Shown piece by piece: positions 46,613-54,853 of a DNA stretch of 64,000 nucleotides (positions within the stretch are counted from its first letter, which is position 1; the number at the start of each line of letters is the position of its first letter). Below the pieces are notes generated by a model. That model worked only from the letters and a program-made list of their open reading frames with translations. It was not told where the DNA came from and searched no databases. A program made the position numbers and the translations under genes. Source of the stretch: Candidatus Omnitrophota bacterium (GTDB taxonomy: Bacteria; Omnitrophota; Gorgyraeia; Duberdicusellales; 4484-171); NCBI GenBank assembly GCA_037146775.1, contig JBAWWL010000006.1:79120-143119 (forward strand). The letters run 5' to 3'.

Positions 46613-47376
46613 AAAAAGTATTTTACGCCATTTTCAAAAATCTTTAGGCCAAAAGGATAAAGTTTCTTTTTTTTCCAATAAGGCCACTGGTGTTCAAAAA
46701 TAAACCTTTCCGGATGAGGCATAAGACCAAAAACTCTTCCGGTTTTATCGACGATACCCGCAATGCTACGCAAAGAACCATTGGGATTGAAAGGATAACC
46801 CGCAGCATCACCGCCTTTATCGACATAGCGCAAAGCAACCTGGTTATTTTGCTCTATGGCATCCAGAACGGCCTTTTCTGCATAGAATTTCCCTTCACCA
46901 TGCGCCACCGGAAAATTTATAATCTCCGGGAAATCTTTTAGCCATATATTTTTTACCTTTGACTTTGGACTTTTGACTTCTAAATATGTCCACCTATCCT
47001 CAAATCTTCCGGAATCATTACCAGTCAAAGTAACTTTCTGCTGAAAATCCAAGTCCGGTAATATGCCGGTTTTTACTAACGCCTGGAAACCATTGCATAT
47101 TCCTATCATCAAACCGCCTCTCTCGATAAACTCCCCCAGCTCCTTTTTAAACCATAAAAGTAATTCTAAAGATAAAATCTTACCCGCACCCAAATCATCG
47201 CCATAGCTAAAGCCTCCCGGAATAGCAATGATCTGATAATCGCAAAGCCTTGCGTTTTCTTTTATGTGATTGATATGATACAGATATGTTTGAGCGCCGG
47301 CCAAAGCAAAAGCAAATTCTGTTTCCTTATCGCAATTTGTCCCGGCAGTCCTTAAAATTAATACTTTTGGCTTCAT
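46609..47376 (-). CDS. purQ: phosphoribosylformylglycinamidine synthase, glutaminase subunit PurQ
   Basis: Class-I GATase triad (GICNGFQ, HGEG, MPHPER). 255 aa. Confidence 0.92.
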   Translation of the reverse strand: MKPKVLILRTAGTNCDKETEFAFALAGAQTYLYHINHIKENARLCDYQIIAIPGGFSYGDDLGAGKILSLELLLWFKKELGEFIERGGLMIGICNGFQALVKTGILPDLDFQQKVTLTGNDSGRFEDRWTYLEVKSPKSKVKNIWLKDFPEIINFPVAHGEGKFYAEKAVLDAIEQNNQVALRYVDKGGDAAGYPFNPNGSLRSIAGIVDKTGRVFGLMPHPERFIFEHQWPYWKKKKLYPFGLKIFENGVKYFL

Positions 47377-47390
47377 ATTTATAATACGAA

Positions 47391-50279
47391 TCAGCGAAAT
47401 TCTTGAAAAGTTTCAGTCCAAGATTTTCTTAATTCTTCTATACCTAAGCCGATAAGCTCCTGCGAATCGTTGGCGTATACCGTCATTTTTTTCTCTTTTG
47501 ATACGCAGCCGATAAGGCCAACGGGCAAACCCTTTAATTCTTTCTCAAAATCAGCCTTTTTCCCTTTCTCTACCTCTACAACAAAACGTGTGGGAGACTC
47601 CGAGAATAGGACTTCCGCATTACACATGTCTGCCGCCTGCGGCACATCGGAAAGAAAAATGCTCGCCCCCAGCCCAGAACTCATACACATTTCAGCCACT
47701 GCCACCGTAAGCCCGCCCTCCGACATATCGTGGCAGGCAGTAACTAATTTTTTTTGTATTGCGCTGCTGAGTTTTTCGAATATCTTCTTGGCAACTTTTT
47801 TATCAACTTTAGGCACCATGCCGCCTTTTATTTTAAAATTCCTGAAATATTCTGACGCACCCATTTCTGGTTTAGTAAAACCCACTGCATATATCAAATT
47901 GTTTTCTTTTTTAAAATTCGCACTGACGGTAACTCGCCAGTCATCCAAGACTGAGACAGCAGAAACCAAGAGCGTTCCGGGAATAGCAATGTGTTTATCC
48001 TCTACCGTATATTCGTTATAAAGACTGTCTTTCCCGGAAATAAAAGGTACACCAAAATAGGTTGAAAAATCGTAAGCGCCGAATGCGGCACGCACCAAGG
48101 CTCCCAACTGCTGTTTGTCTTGCGGCGAACCCCAGCAAAAATTATCCAGGATAAAAGTCTTCTCAAGGCCAGCGCCAACACAGACGACGTTGCGCAAAGC
48201 CTCATCTATGGCCAAAGCGGCCATCCAATAGGGATCAATATCCGAATAGAAAGGATTTATTCCCAGCCCCACGGCAACACACTTCTCGCTCTGCAAATCG
48301 GGGCGTACCACACTGGCGTCAGATACCGAAATATTTTCTATCCCGTATATGGATTTAAGCACTGAACCGGCCTGGACTTCGTGATCATACTCCCGCAAAA
48401 CCCAATCTTTACAAGCGATATTGGCCGAAGCAAGAAGTACCTTCAGTTCTTTGTTGTAATTTTTGCGATCCTCTAGATCCGTTACGCTCTCACCTTTAGA
48501 TACCCACAAAGCCTGCTTCTTCAGCTTGGGCAATTCGAAGATAAAATCCATATCCAGTTCGCACACCTTATTCTGCTCATAAAAAAGGGTTAATTTTTTG
48601 TTATCAATTACTTTCCCTATAACAGTAAGGTCCACATCCTCTTCCTGAAAAATCTGTTCTAGTTTTTCAAGATTTTCTTTTTTAGCAAAAAATACCATGC
48701 GTTCCTGCGATTCCGATATCCAGATTTCAGTATACGAAAGGCCTGCATATTTAAGCGGGACTTTTTCTAAGTATACTTCGACGCCGTGCTCTTGTGCCAA
48801 TTCCGTAACCGCGCTCGAAAGCCCGCCCGCACCGCAATCAGTTATCGCAGCAAATAAATTTTTGTCGCGCGCACGCAATATTGCTTCGGTAACTTTTTTC
48901 TCCTCAATCGCATTGCCGATCTGGACTGCGCTCATCAAAGCCACTGTCTGTTCATCCAGCTCTTTGGAAGAAAAAGTTGCACCATGTATCCCGTCCCTTC
49001 CGGTTTTCGCTCCGCAAAGAATAACCAGATCGCCCTCGTCAACCTTCTTAAACGCTTTGTTCTTCGGAATAAGGCCTAATGTTCCGCAGTACACTAAAGG
49101 ATTGCCCAGAAAGCGTTCCTCGAACAAAACCGCACCCGCAATCGTTGGTATTCCCATTCTGTTCCCATAGTCACGCACACCCTTTATCACGCCTTTTATT
49201 ATTCTTTTTGGATGCAACAAACCCGGAGGCAAGTCATCATACGAAATATGCCAAGGAGCAAAACAAAAAATATCTACCGAAGCAAATGGTTTTGCCGAAC
49301 ATCCTGTGCCCAAAATGTCGCGTATAACACCTCCTATCCCCGTGGAAGCGCCACCGTAAGGCTCCAGACTAGAGGGATGATTGTGCGTTTCCACCTTAAA
49401 GCAAATATCAAAATCTTTATTGAACTTTACCACGCCGGAGTTGTCATGGAAAACCGAAATGCACTGGCGAGAATTAATTTCGTTGGTTGCCTTCATTATG
49501 GTAGATTTCAGAAGATTATGTATGGTGGTTTTTTTTATAGATCTTAAATGCTCGTCCTTTTCCTCATATTCAATAACCCCCCTGAAAGTCTTATGCGCAC
49601 AATGCTCTGACCATAACGTAGCTATTGTTTCTAACTCGCAATCGGTGGGGTTCCTTTTAAGATTTTTAAAATAATCTTTGATAATCCGCATCTCTTCCAA
49701 ACTCAACGACAGACAGCCATCGCGGGAAATTTTAAGTAACTGTGCATCACCGGCGTTTAGCATGTCAACGGTTGTCAAAGCAAAAGTATAGTTACCGCCG
49801 AGAAATTCATCCAAAGTATCCATCTTCGACGCTCTATCGTAATCTAACACATGTTCAATCAACGGGTTATATAATAATTTGCCTGCGATACTGCGTATTT
49901 CTTCTTTGCGCAAGCCTTCAAATCTGTAATATCGGCCTATCCGTGTATTTCTAACTTCAAAAGACAGATCTTTAATGGCTTTTTCCAAAGAAAGAGCCAC
50001 GGGGTCGGTCACGCCGATATTATATGTGATAACTATTTCGTTGGACTGCGGCTTTTTTCCGAAAAGCCCTTTATGGAAAGAATATGTTTCTATCACGGGA
50101 TCTGTGAGCAAAGAAGAAGTTATAAACTTGATGTCTTTTTCGCTATAATTGCCTTCAATAAAATAAACTTTGCGCAGATAAACTTTGCAGTTCTTTACCA
50201 GGCCCAAATCTTTTATCTGGGAAGCTATACTTTTAGAGGGAACCTCCTCTCGAGGAAAAACGTCTATTCTCCAAATCAT
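47391..50279 (-). CDS. purL: phosphoribosylformylglycinamidine synthase: tandem PurS-PurS N-terminus fused to small-type PurL
   Basis: 962 aa. Residues 1-70 and ~90-160 are two PurS-like repeats (IKDLG/IKDLS, YFIEG/RFEG, LLTDPVIETY/LLYNPLIEHV). The PurL core starts near WSEHCAHKTF. Confidence 0.9.
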   Translation of the reverse strand: MIWRIDVFPREEVPSKSIASQIKDLGLVKNCKVYLRKVYFIEGNYSEKDIKFITSSLLTDPVIETYSFHKGLFGKKPQSNEIVITYNIGVTDPVALSLEKAIKDLSFEVRNTRIGRYYRFEGLRKEEIRSIAGKLLYNPLIEHVLDYDRASKMDTLDEFLGGNYTFALTTVDMLNAGDAQLLKISRDGCLSLSLEEMRIIKDYFKNLKRNPTDCELETIATLWSEHCAHKTFRGVIEYEEKDEHLRSIKKTTIHNLLKSTIMKATNEINSRQCISVFHDNSGVVKFNKDFDICFKVETHNHPSSLEPYGGASTGIGGVIRDILGTGCSAKPFASVDIFCFAPWHISYDDLPPGLLHPKRIIKGVIKGVRDYGNRMGIPTIAGAVLFEERFLGNPLVYCGTLGLIPKNKAFKKVDEGDLVILCGAKTGRDGIHGATFSSKELDEQTVALMSAVQIGNAIEEKKVTEAILRARDKNLFAAITDCGAGGLSSAVTELAQEHGVEVYLEKVPLKYAGLSYTEIWISESQERMVFFAKKENLEKLEQIFQEEDVDLTVIGKVIDNKKLTLFYEQNKVCELDMDFIFELPKLKKQALWVSKGESVTDLEDRKNYNKELKVLLASANIACKDWVLREYDHEVQAGSVLKSIYGIENISVSDASVVRPDLQSEKCVAVGLGINPFYSDIDPYWMAALAIDEALRNVVCVGAGLEKTFILDNFCWGSPQDKQQLGALVRAAFGAYDFSTYFGVPFISGKDSLYNEYTVEDKHIAIPGTLLVSAVSVLDDWRVTVSANFKKENNLIYAVGFTKPEMGASEYFRNFKIKGGMVPKVDKKVAKKIFEKLSSAIQKKLVTACHDMSEGGLTVAVAEMCMSSGLGASIFLSDVPQAADMCNAEVLFSESPTRFVVEVEKGKKADFEKELKGLPVGLIGCVSKEKKMTVYANDSQELIGLGIEELRKSWTETFQEFR

Positions 50280-50413
50280 GGAATAAATGGAAGGTTATTG
50301 CAGACAAAATAAATTATGGAACGCCCCACGGGTATGTCTATATGTTCACATCCATCGAAGCACGAGCGCTATATCCTGCGCCAAAGGCGAATCATTCTTT
50401 GGCTAAAACCACA

Positions 50414-51769
50414 TCACAGGCCGCGGCTGGAAGTCAATAAACCTACTCGCCTGTAAATCTTATCCACATTATGCAAATAAGCGTATGGATCAAAGAATTG
50501 CTCTATTTCCTTTTTCGCAAAATACTTTGCAATTTCTTTATCTTTTAAAACTTCTTCCTTAAAACTTGAGTTATTATTTATAACCTTCAGAGAAACAGCC
50601 TGTACAATATCATAAGCCTTCATCCTGGCTAAACCCTTCTCCATCAGCTTCAGTAGAATTCTTTGCGAATAAATAAGGCCTCTATTAAGCTCAATATTGT
50701 AAAGCATGTGTTGAGGGTTAACTCTCAAGCCCCTGACAACCTCGATTGTTTTTTTAAGCATATAGTCCAAAACAATCGTTGAATCTGGCAAAATTACCCG
50801 TTCCACCGAGGAATGAGAAATATCTCTTTCGTGCCATAAACTTATATTTTCAAACGCAACCAGCATGTTGCCGCGCAGGAGCCTGCTCAAGCCGCAAATC
50901 CTCTCGCAGATAACAGGGTTCTGTTTGTGCGGCATAGCGCTTGAACCTTTTTGCCCCTGATAAAACGGCTCTTTGGCCTCATTAACTTCCGTACGATGCA
51001 GGTGCCTAATCTCAGTAGCAAAACGCTCGAGAGTGGCACCGATAGTTGAAAGCGTCGCAAGATAATAAGCGAATCTTTCCCTGGATACCACCTGTGTTGA
51101 AACGGCTGCATGAGCTATGCCGATTTTCTTGCAAATATATTCTTCGACTTTCGGCTCAAAATAAGCAAATGTTCCTACGGCTCCCGAAACTTTTCCGCAC
51201 GCAGTATAGTCTAAACTCTCTTTAAGTATTTTTTCTTCCTGGCACAAATCATTATAAAGATAAAGAAATTTCAGGCCAAAACTATATATCTCAGCGTGTA
51301 CACCATGCGTTCTTGCCACACAAAGCGTATCTTTATACTGCAACGCCTTCGCCCGAACTTCCTTCAACAGTAACGCTAAATCCTTCAAAATAATCTCAGT
51401 CGCATCCTTAATCTGCCACGCAAGAGTAGTGTCTAGAAGATCGGAGGAAGTAATCCCTACGTGCAGATATTGCGCAGCCGAACCGATTTGCGCAGAAATA
51501 CTCTTGATGAAGGCGATAATATCGTGGTGGGTTTTTTCCTCTATTTTCTTTATCTGAGAAGGGAATATTTTGACTCTCTGCAGCTTTTTTGCCGTCCCTT
51601 GCGGGATAACTTTCTCTTTCTCAAGAGCTTCGCAGAGCAGGATCTCAATGGCCAGAAAACGCCTGAACTTCTCCTCGTCGCTCCAAACTTTTCCTATCTC
51701 AATAGGGGTATATCGCTCTATCATGGCAGTAGTATTTTTACCTTCCTGTCTGTTGAAACAGTAACACAA
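50414..51769 (-). CDS. purB: adenylosuccinate lyase
   Basis: Fumarate-lyase signature GSSAMPHKQNP. The real start is probably MIERYTP. Confidence 0.92.
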   Translation of the reverse strand: MCYCFNRQEGKNTTAMIERYTPIEIGKVWSDEEKFRRFLAIEILLCEALEKEKVIPQGTAKKLQRVKIFPSQIKKIEEKTHHDIIAFIKSISAQIGSAAQYLHVGITSSDLLDTTLAWQIKDATEIILKDLALLLKEVRAKALQYKDTLCVARTHGVHAEIYSFGLKFLYLYNDLCQEEKILKESLDYTACGKVSGAVGTFAYFEPKVEEYICKKIGIAHAAVSTQVVSRERFAYYLATLSTIGATLERFATEIRHLHRTEVNEAKEPFYQGQKGSSAMPHKQNPVICERICGLSRLLRGNMLVAFENISLWHERDISHSSVERVILPDSTIVLDYMLKKTIEVVRGLRVNPQHMLYNIELNRGLIYSQRILLKLMEKGLARMKAYDIVQAVSLKVINNNSSFKEEVLKDKEIAKYFAKKEIEQFFDPYAYLHNVDKIYRRVGLLTSSRGL

Positions 51770-51925
51770 CCATAACGGTTTCCCGGAACGAGTAACCTTT
51801 GTATCTTATCAAAACAAACTAGCCGCGTCAATTAAATAAACGAGAAAAATAAGAAAAAGACTGTTTTTATTGTCTGCTTCACGCCTCACCAAAATATCAG
51901 GTATATCCGTGGCGCGAAAATTGAT

Positions 51926-51960
51926 AAAAATAAAAGGCCCCTTTCGTACGAAAGGGGCCG
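51926..51960 (-). terminator. Rho-independent terminator after the 51986..52693 gene
   Basis: GGCCCCTTTCG-TAC-GAAAGGGGCC hairpin. On the transcribed minus strand it is followed by TTTTATTTTTAT. Confidence 0.85.
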
Positions 51961-51985
51961 GATACTATCAAACTTTCTGAATTAT

Positions 51986-52693
51986 TTATAGGTCATTACG
52001 CCGATTTTCGGGCTGCAACGCATCCCATGGCCGCTTTTCTTCGAGCGGGTAACCATACTGCGCTATTTCATTAGGGAAAGGAAAAGTAACTACTTCGTAA
52101 ATACCGGAAGCAATTCTTCCCATCGGAAATACGAACGCTTTAGCCAAACCCTTGAAAGGCTTATCCTCGCTGATGCCTTTGCCTAACTGTCCGGGCATAT
52201 CGAGTATGCCGAAACACGCATTAATGGTACCGCGGAAAATTTTTCTTTTCATCGGCCGAAGGCCATCCCTTAAGCCATCTTTCAGTAAAGAATAATGTGT
52301 TCCTTCTTCCCACGCATATTTAGCATCTAATGGCATACCTATACCATCGTTATCTTTCGGATTAGGTAAGGGAAAAGTAACAAATTGATATACTCCATCC
52401 GCCGTTCTTCCTATACTATGGATAAAACCCCTAAAAAGGCCAAAAATACCGCCAAGGAGTTTATTCTTTTTCTCCTCTCCCCATCCTTTCTTGTAACCTT
52501 TAACGGTCTGGTAGGGAACTTCCAGCCAGCCGGTAAAAACGTTGATTGCGCCTTCTTTGGCTTTTTTGGCAGAATCCTTCATATAGCAACGGTCAGCGGC
52601 AAATCCTGGTAAGGAAATCAAAAAAATCGAAAGGGCAAGTAAAATTAAAAACTTCTTCATCCCTCTACCTCCTCCTTTTAACCCATACCACAT
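51986..52693 (-). CDS. hypothetical secreted protein with internally duplicated ~60 aa module
   Basis: Signal peptide MKKFLILLALSIFLISLPGFAA; the likely start is near 52660, with RBS AAAGGAGGAGG. The repeats are GRTADGVYQFVTFPLPNPKD..PLDAKYAWEEG and GRIASGIYEVVTFPFPNEIAQYGYPLEEKRPWD. Confidence 0.55.
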   Translation of the reverse strand: MWYGLKGGGRGMKKFLILLALSIFLISLPGFAADRCYMKDSAKKAKEGAINVFTGWLEVPYQTVKGYKKGWGEEKKNKLLGGIFGLFRGFIHSIGRTADGVYQFVTFPLPNPKDNDGIGMPLDAKYAWEEGTHYSLLKDGLRDGLRPMKRKIFRGTINACFGILDMPGQLGKGISEDKPFKGLAKAFVFPMGRIASGIYEVVTFPFPNEIAQYGYPLEEKRPWDALQPENRRNDL

Positions 52694-52801
52694 CTTTTTA
52701 TATTCATCATGAATAAAAAAGTGCGGTTCCTGTAATTCGTGTTACCTTATAATATACTACATTTTATTGTAACAGCCAAAAAAGCATTGTCAATAATAGA
52801 G

Positions 52802-53674
52802 TTATTTGGAATGCAATAATGTTAATAACGCATTCCATTCTTCCTCTTTCATGGAAAAACTTTCTTCCGGATGAGGAAAAGCAACGCCTTGAACATCCGC
52901 AATAAAAGCCGCAACCCCTTCTTTTACATGCAAAGAAAGGTCTTTGTATACCCGCACAAATTTTGGTTTGATCTTTTTATACAACCCAAGCATATCGTAA
53001 AGCACAAGCACTTGGCCATCGCAGTATGCGCCCGCACCGATACCAATGGTCGGTATATTAACGTTGGCTGTAATATAATGGGCAAGCTGATACGGGATAC
53101 ATTCAAGGACAATGCTAAATACGCCGAGCTCTTCTAAATATTTTGCCTGTTTGACCAAACGCATGGCTGATTCTTTATCTTTGCCCTGCACCTTATATCC
53201 TCCAAGCAAATGTGCAGTCTGCGGAGTGAGGCCAATATGGCCCATGACCGGAATATTGTTTTTGATCAGATTGCCGATGATGGCCGGACAGTCTTTCGGC
53301 CCCTGAGAAGTTCTCTTGGCACCGTCAAACCACTCTATCTTTACCGCGCGAGCGCCTGCTTCCATAAACTTGCGGGCGTATATAAGACTTTTTCCCGGAT
53401 TTTTTTGGTAACTCACATAAGGCATATCCGCAACCACCAAACTGTGCTTAACCGCCCGAGCTACTGCAGCGGTATGGGTAAGCATTTGCGCAAAACTCAC
53501 CTTACGCGTTTCAGTAAGCCCGAGTAAAACGTTGGCAAGAGAATCACCCACCAAAAGCATATCTACGCCGGCCTCATCCAAAAGCTGCGCAAACGAAAAG
53601 TCGTAACAGGTCAGCATAGTAATCTTCTGATTGCCTTTTTTGGTAATAATCTCCTTTACGGTAATAGTATCCAT
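52802..53674 (-). CDS. panB: 3-methyl-2-oxobutanoate hydroxymethyltransferase
   Basis: 290 aa PanB TIM-barrel. LLVGDSLANVLLG carries the conserved metal-ligand region. Confidence 0.9.
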   Translation of the reverse strand: MDTITVKEIITKKGNQKITMLTCYDFSFAQLLDEAGVDMLLVGDSLANVLLGLTETRKVSFAQMLTHTAAVARAVKHSLVVADMPYVSYQKNPGKSLIYARKFMEAGARAVKIEWFDGAKRTSQGPKDCPAIIGNLIKNNIPVMGHIGLTPQTAHLLGGYKVQGKDKESAMRLVKQAKYLEELGVFSIVLECIPYQLAHYITANVNIPTIGIGAGAYCDGQVLVLYDMLGLYKKIKPKFVRVYKDLSLHVKEGVAAFIADVQGVAFPHPEESFSMKEEEWNALLTLLHSK

Positions 53675-53710
53675 AATATTCGTACCTCGTCGTCGTACTA
53701 ACGAAATGAG

Positions 53711-54853
53711 CTATCTTATTTTATGTATGCGTTTTCCGTCTTTATCTACGGTTACCACAAATATTCTCATGGCAGAAGGAAAAGTTGCAAGTATTTTTTT
53801 CGCCTCCATGAGCCCACTAACACAAAAAGCAGTAGCAAAACTATCAGCAGTAACGCAACGCTTAGCGATAACGCTGACACTAGCAATGTTATTATCTACG
53901 GGATAGCCGCTACGCGGATCGATCAAGTGAGAATAACGTTTTCCGGCAAGCTCAAAAAACTGTTCATAACCTCCTGAAGTTGTAATCGCTTCATCAATAA
54001 GAACCTCTTTTTCTATAATGCCTTCTAAGTCTTGCGGGTTCTTCACTCCTACTACCCATGGTTTGCCGGAATTTCTTCCTAGGCAATAAATATCACCTCC
54101 GGCATTAATTATAGCATCGGATATGCCGCGCATTTTCAACTTAAGAACTGCCTGATCAACCATATAACCTTCAGCAATAGCGGCTAAGTCTATTTTTAAA
54201 CCTGCTTTTTTCATTACGACAGTCTGCGCTTCAATATTCACCTCAAAACCGTCCATGCCACACTTCTTTTTTAATTCTTCAATCTCTTCTTTCGCCGGTA
54301 ATTCCTTAATCGCACCACGTTGAATCAGGTTTTTCCAGAATTCAAACAAGACACCATAGCTTGGATCAAACGCCCCAGCGCTTATATTATACACTTCGCG
54401 AGAAATCTGTAAAACCTCAATCATTTCCTTAGAAACCTTAATAGGAGAATGATAAGTATTGTTTAAGCGGCTTAATTCCGAGGTGGGATCATAAAAATTA
54501 AAAACTTTGTCTAAACGCTTAAACTCTTCATATACTATAGACGCCGCTTCCCGGCGGGAAGAAGTAACTTCCAGGAATGTTCCGCAAATCACAAACTTAT
54601 TCTTATAAAGCGGTCTAGCACAGGAACAAACGCACAAATAACAAATAACAAATAACAAATGACAAAAAATAGACAGTATCGAACCTTTAATCTGCCCAAA
54701 ACCTTTTTTCTGGTTTCTGTCCTCTGTCTTCTGACTTCTGACTTCTGTCCTCTGACCTCTGACTTCTGTCCTCTGACCTCTGACTTCTGTCCTCTGACCT
54801 CTGACTTCTGACTTCTGACTTCTGATAGCAGCGTTTAAGTTTTTTTCAACCAT
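53711..54853 (-). CDS. apbE: FAD:protein FMN transferase (ApbE/Ftp family) with heptamer-repeat-encoded N-terminal tail
   Basis: ApbE motifs AIINAGGDIYCLG and TSGGYEQFF. The N-terminus RSQKSEV(RGQRTEV)3RSQKTED and the hydrophobic FVICYLCVCSC segment are encoded by tandem heptamers. The start is uncertain (ATG at 54853 overlaps the polX 3' end). Confidence 0.82.
   Translation of the reverse strand: MVEKNLNAAIRSQKSEVRGQRTEVRGQRTEVRGQRTEVRSQKTEDRNQKKGFGQIKGSILSIFCHLLFVICYLCVCSCARPLYKNKFVICGTFLEVTSSRREAASIVYEEFKRLDKVFNFYDPTSELSRLNNTYHSPIKVSKEMIEVLQISREVYNISAGAFDPSYGVLFEFWKNLIQRGAIKELPAKEEIEELKKKCGMDGFEVNIEAQTVVMKKAGLKIDLAAIAEGYMVDQAVLKLKMRGISDAIINAGGDIYCLGRNSGKPWVVGVKNPQDLEGIIEKEVLIDEAITTSGGYEQFFELAGKRYSHLIDPRSGYPVDNNIASVSVIAKRCVTADSFATAFCVSGLMEAKKILATFPSAMRIFVVTVDKDGKRIHKIR
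54634..54668. repeat. heptanucleotide tandem repeat (ACAAATA)x5 inside the apbE 5' region
   Basis: ACAAATA ACAAATA ACAAATA ACAAATG ACAAAAA. It is read in-frame as the hydrophobic FVICYLCVC segment. Confidence 0.85.
54704..54815. repeat. heptanucleotide tandem repeat (CTTCTGA/CCTCTGA/CTTCTGT) x16 at the apbE 5' end, with a 21 bp higher-order period
   Basis: 16 contiguous 7-mers. Three copies of the 21 bp unit CTTCTGT CCTCTGA CCTCTGA give the in-frame RGQRTEV x3. Confidence 0.9.

Noticed and set aside
47470-49674. Several 80-180 aa plus-strand ORFs
   Set aside because: All lie antisense within the purL coding region. Shadow ORFs of a long GC-skewed gene.
50280-50413. ZTP (pfl) or purine riboswitch upstream of purL / downstream of purB
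   Set aside because: I could not find the conserved pfl pseudoknot segments or the purine-aptamer junction sequences. There is only weak CGCC...GGCG complementarity.
54704-54815. Possible CRISPR array (many short direct repeats)
   Set aside because: The units are contiguous 7-mers with no spacers, and the array lies inside an ORF. It is a microsatellite, not a CRISPR.
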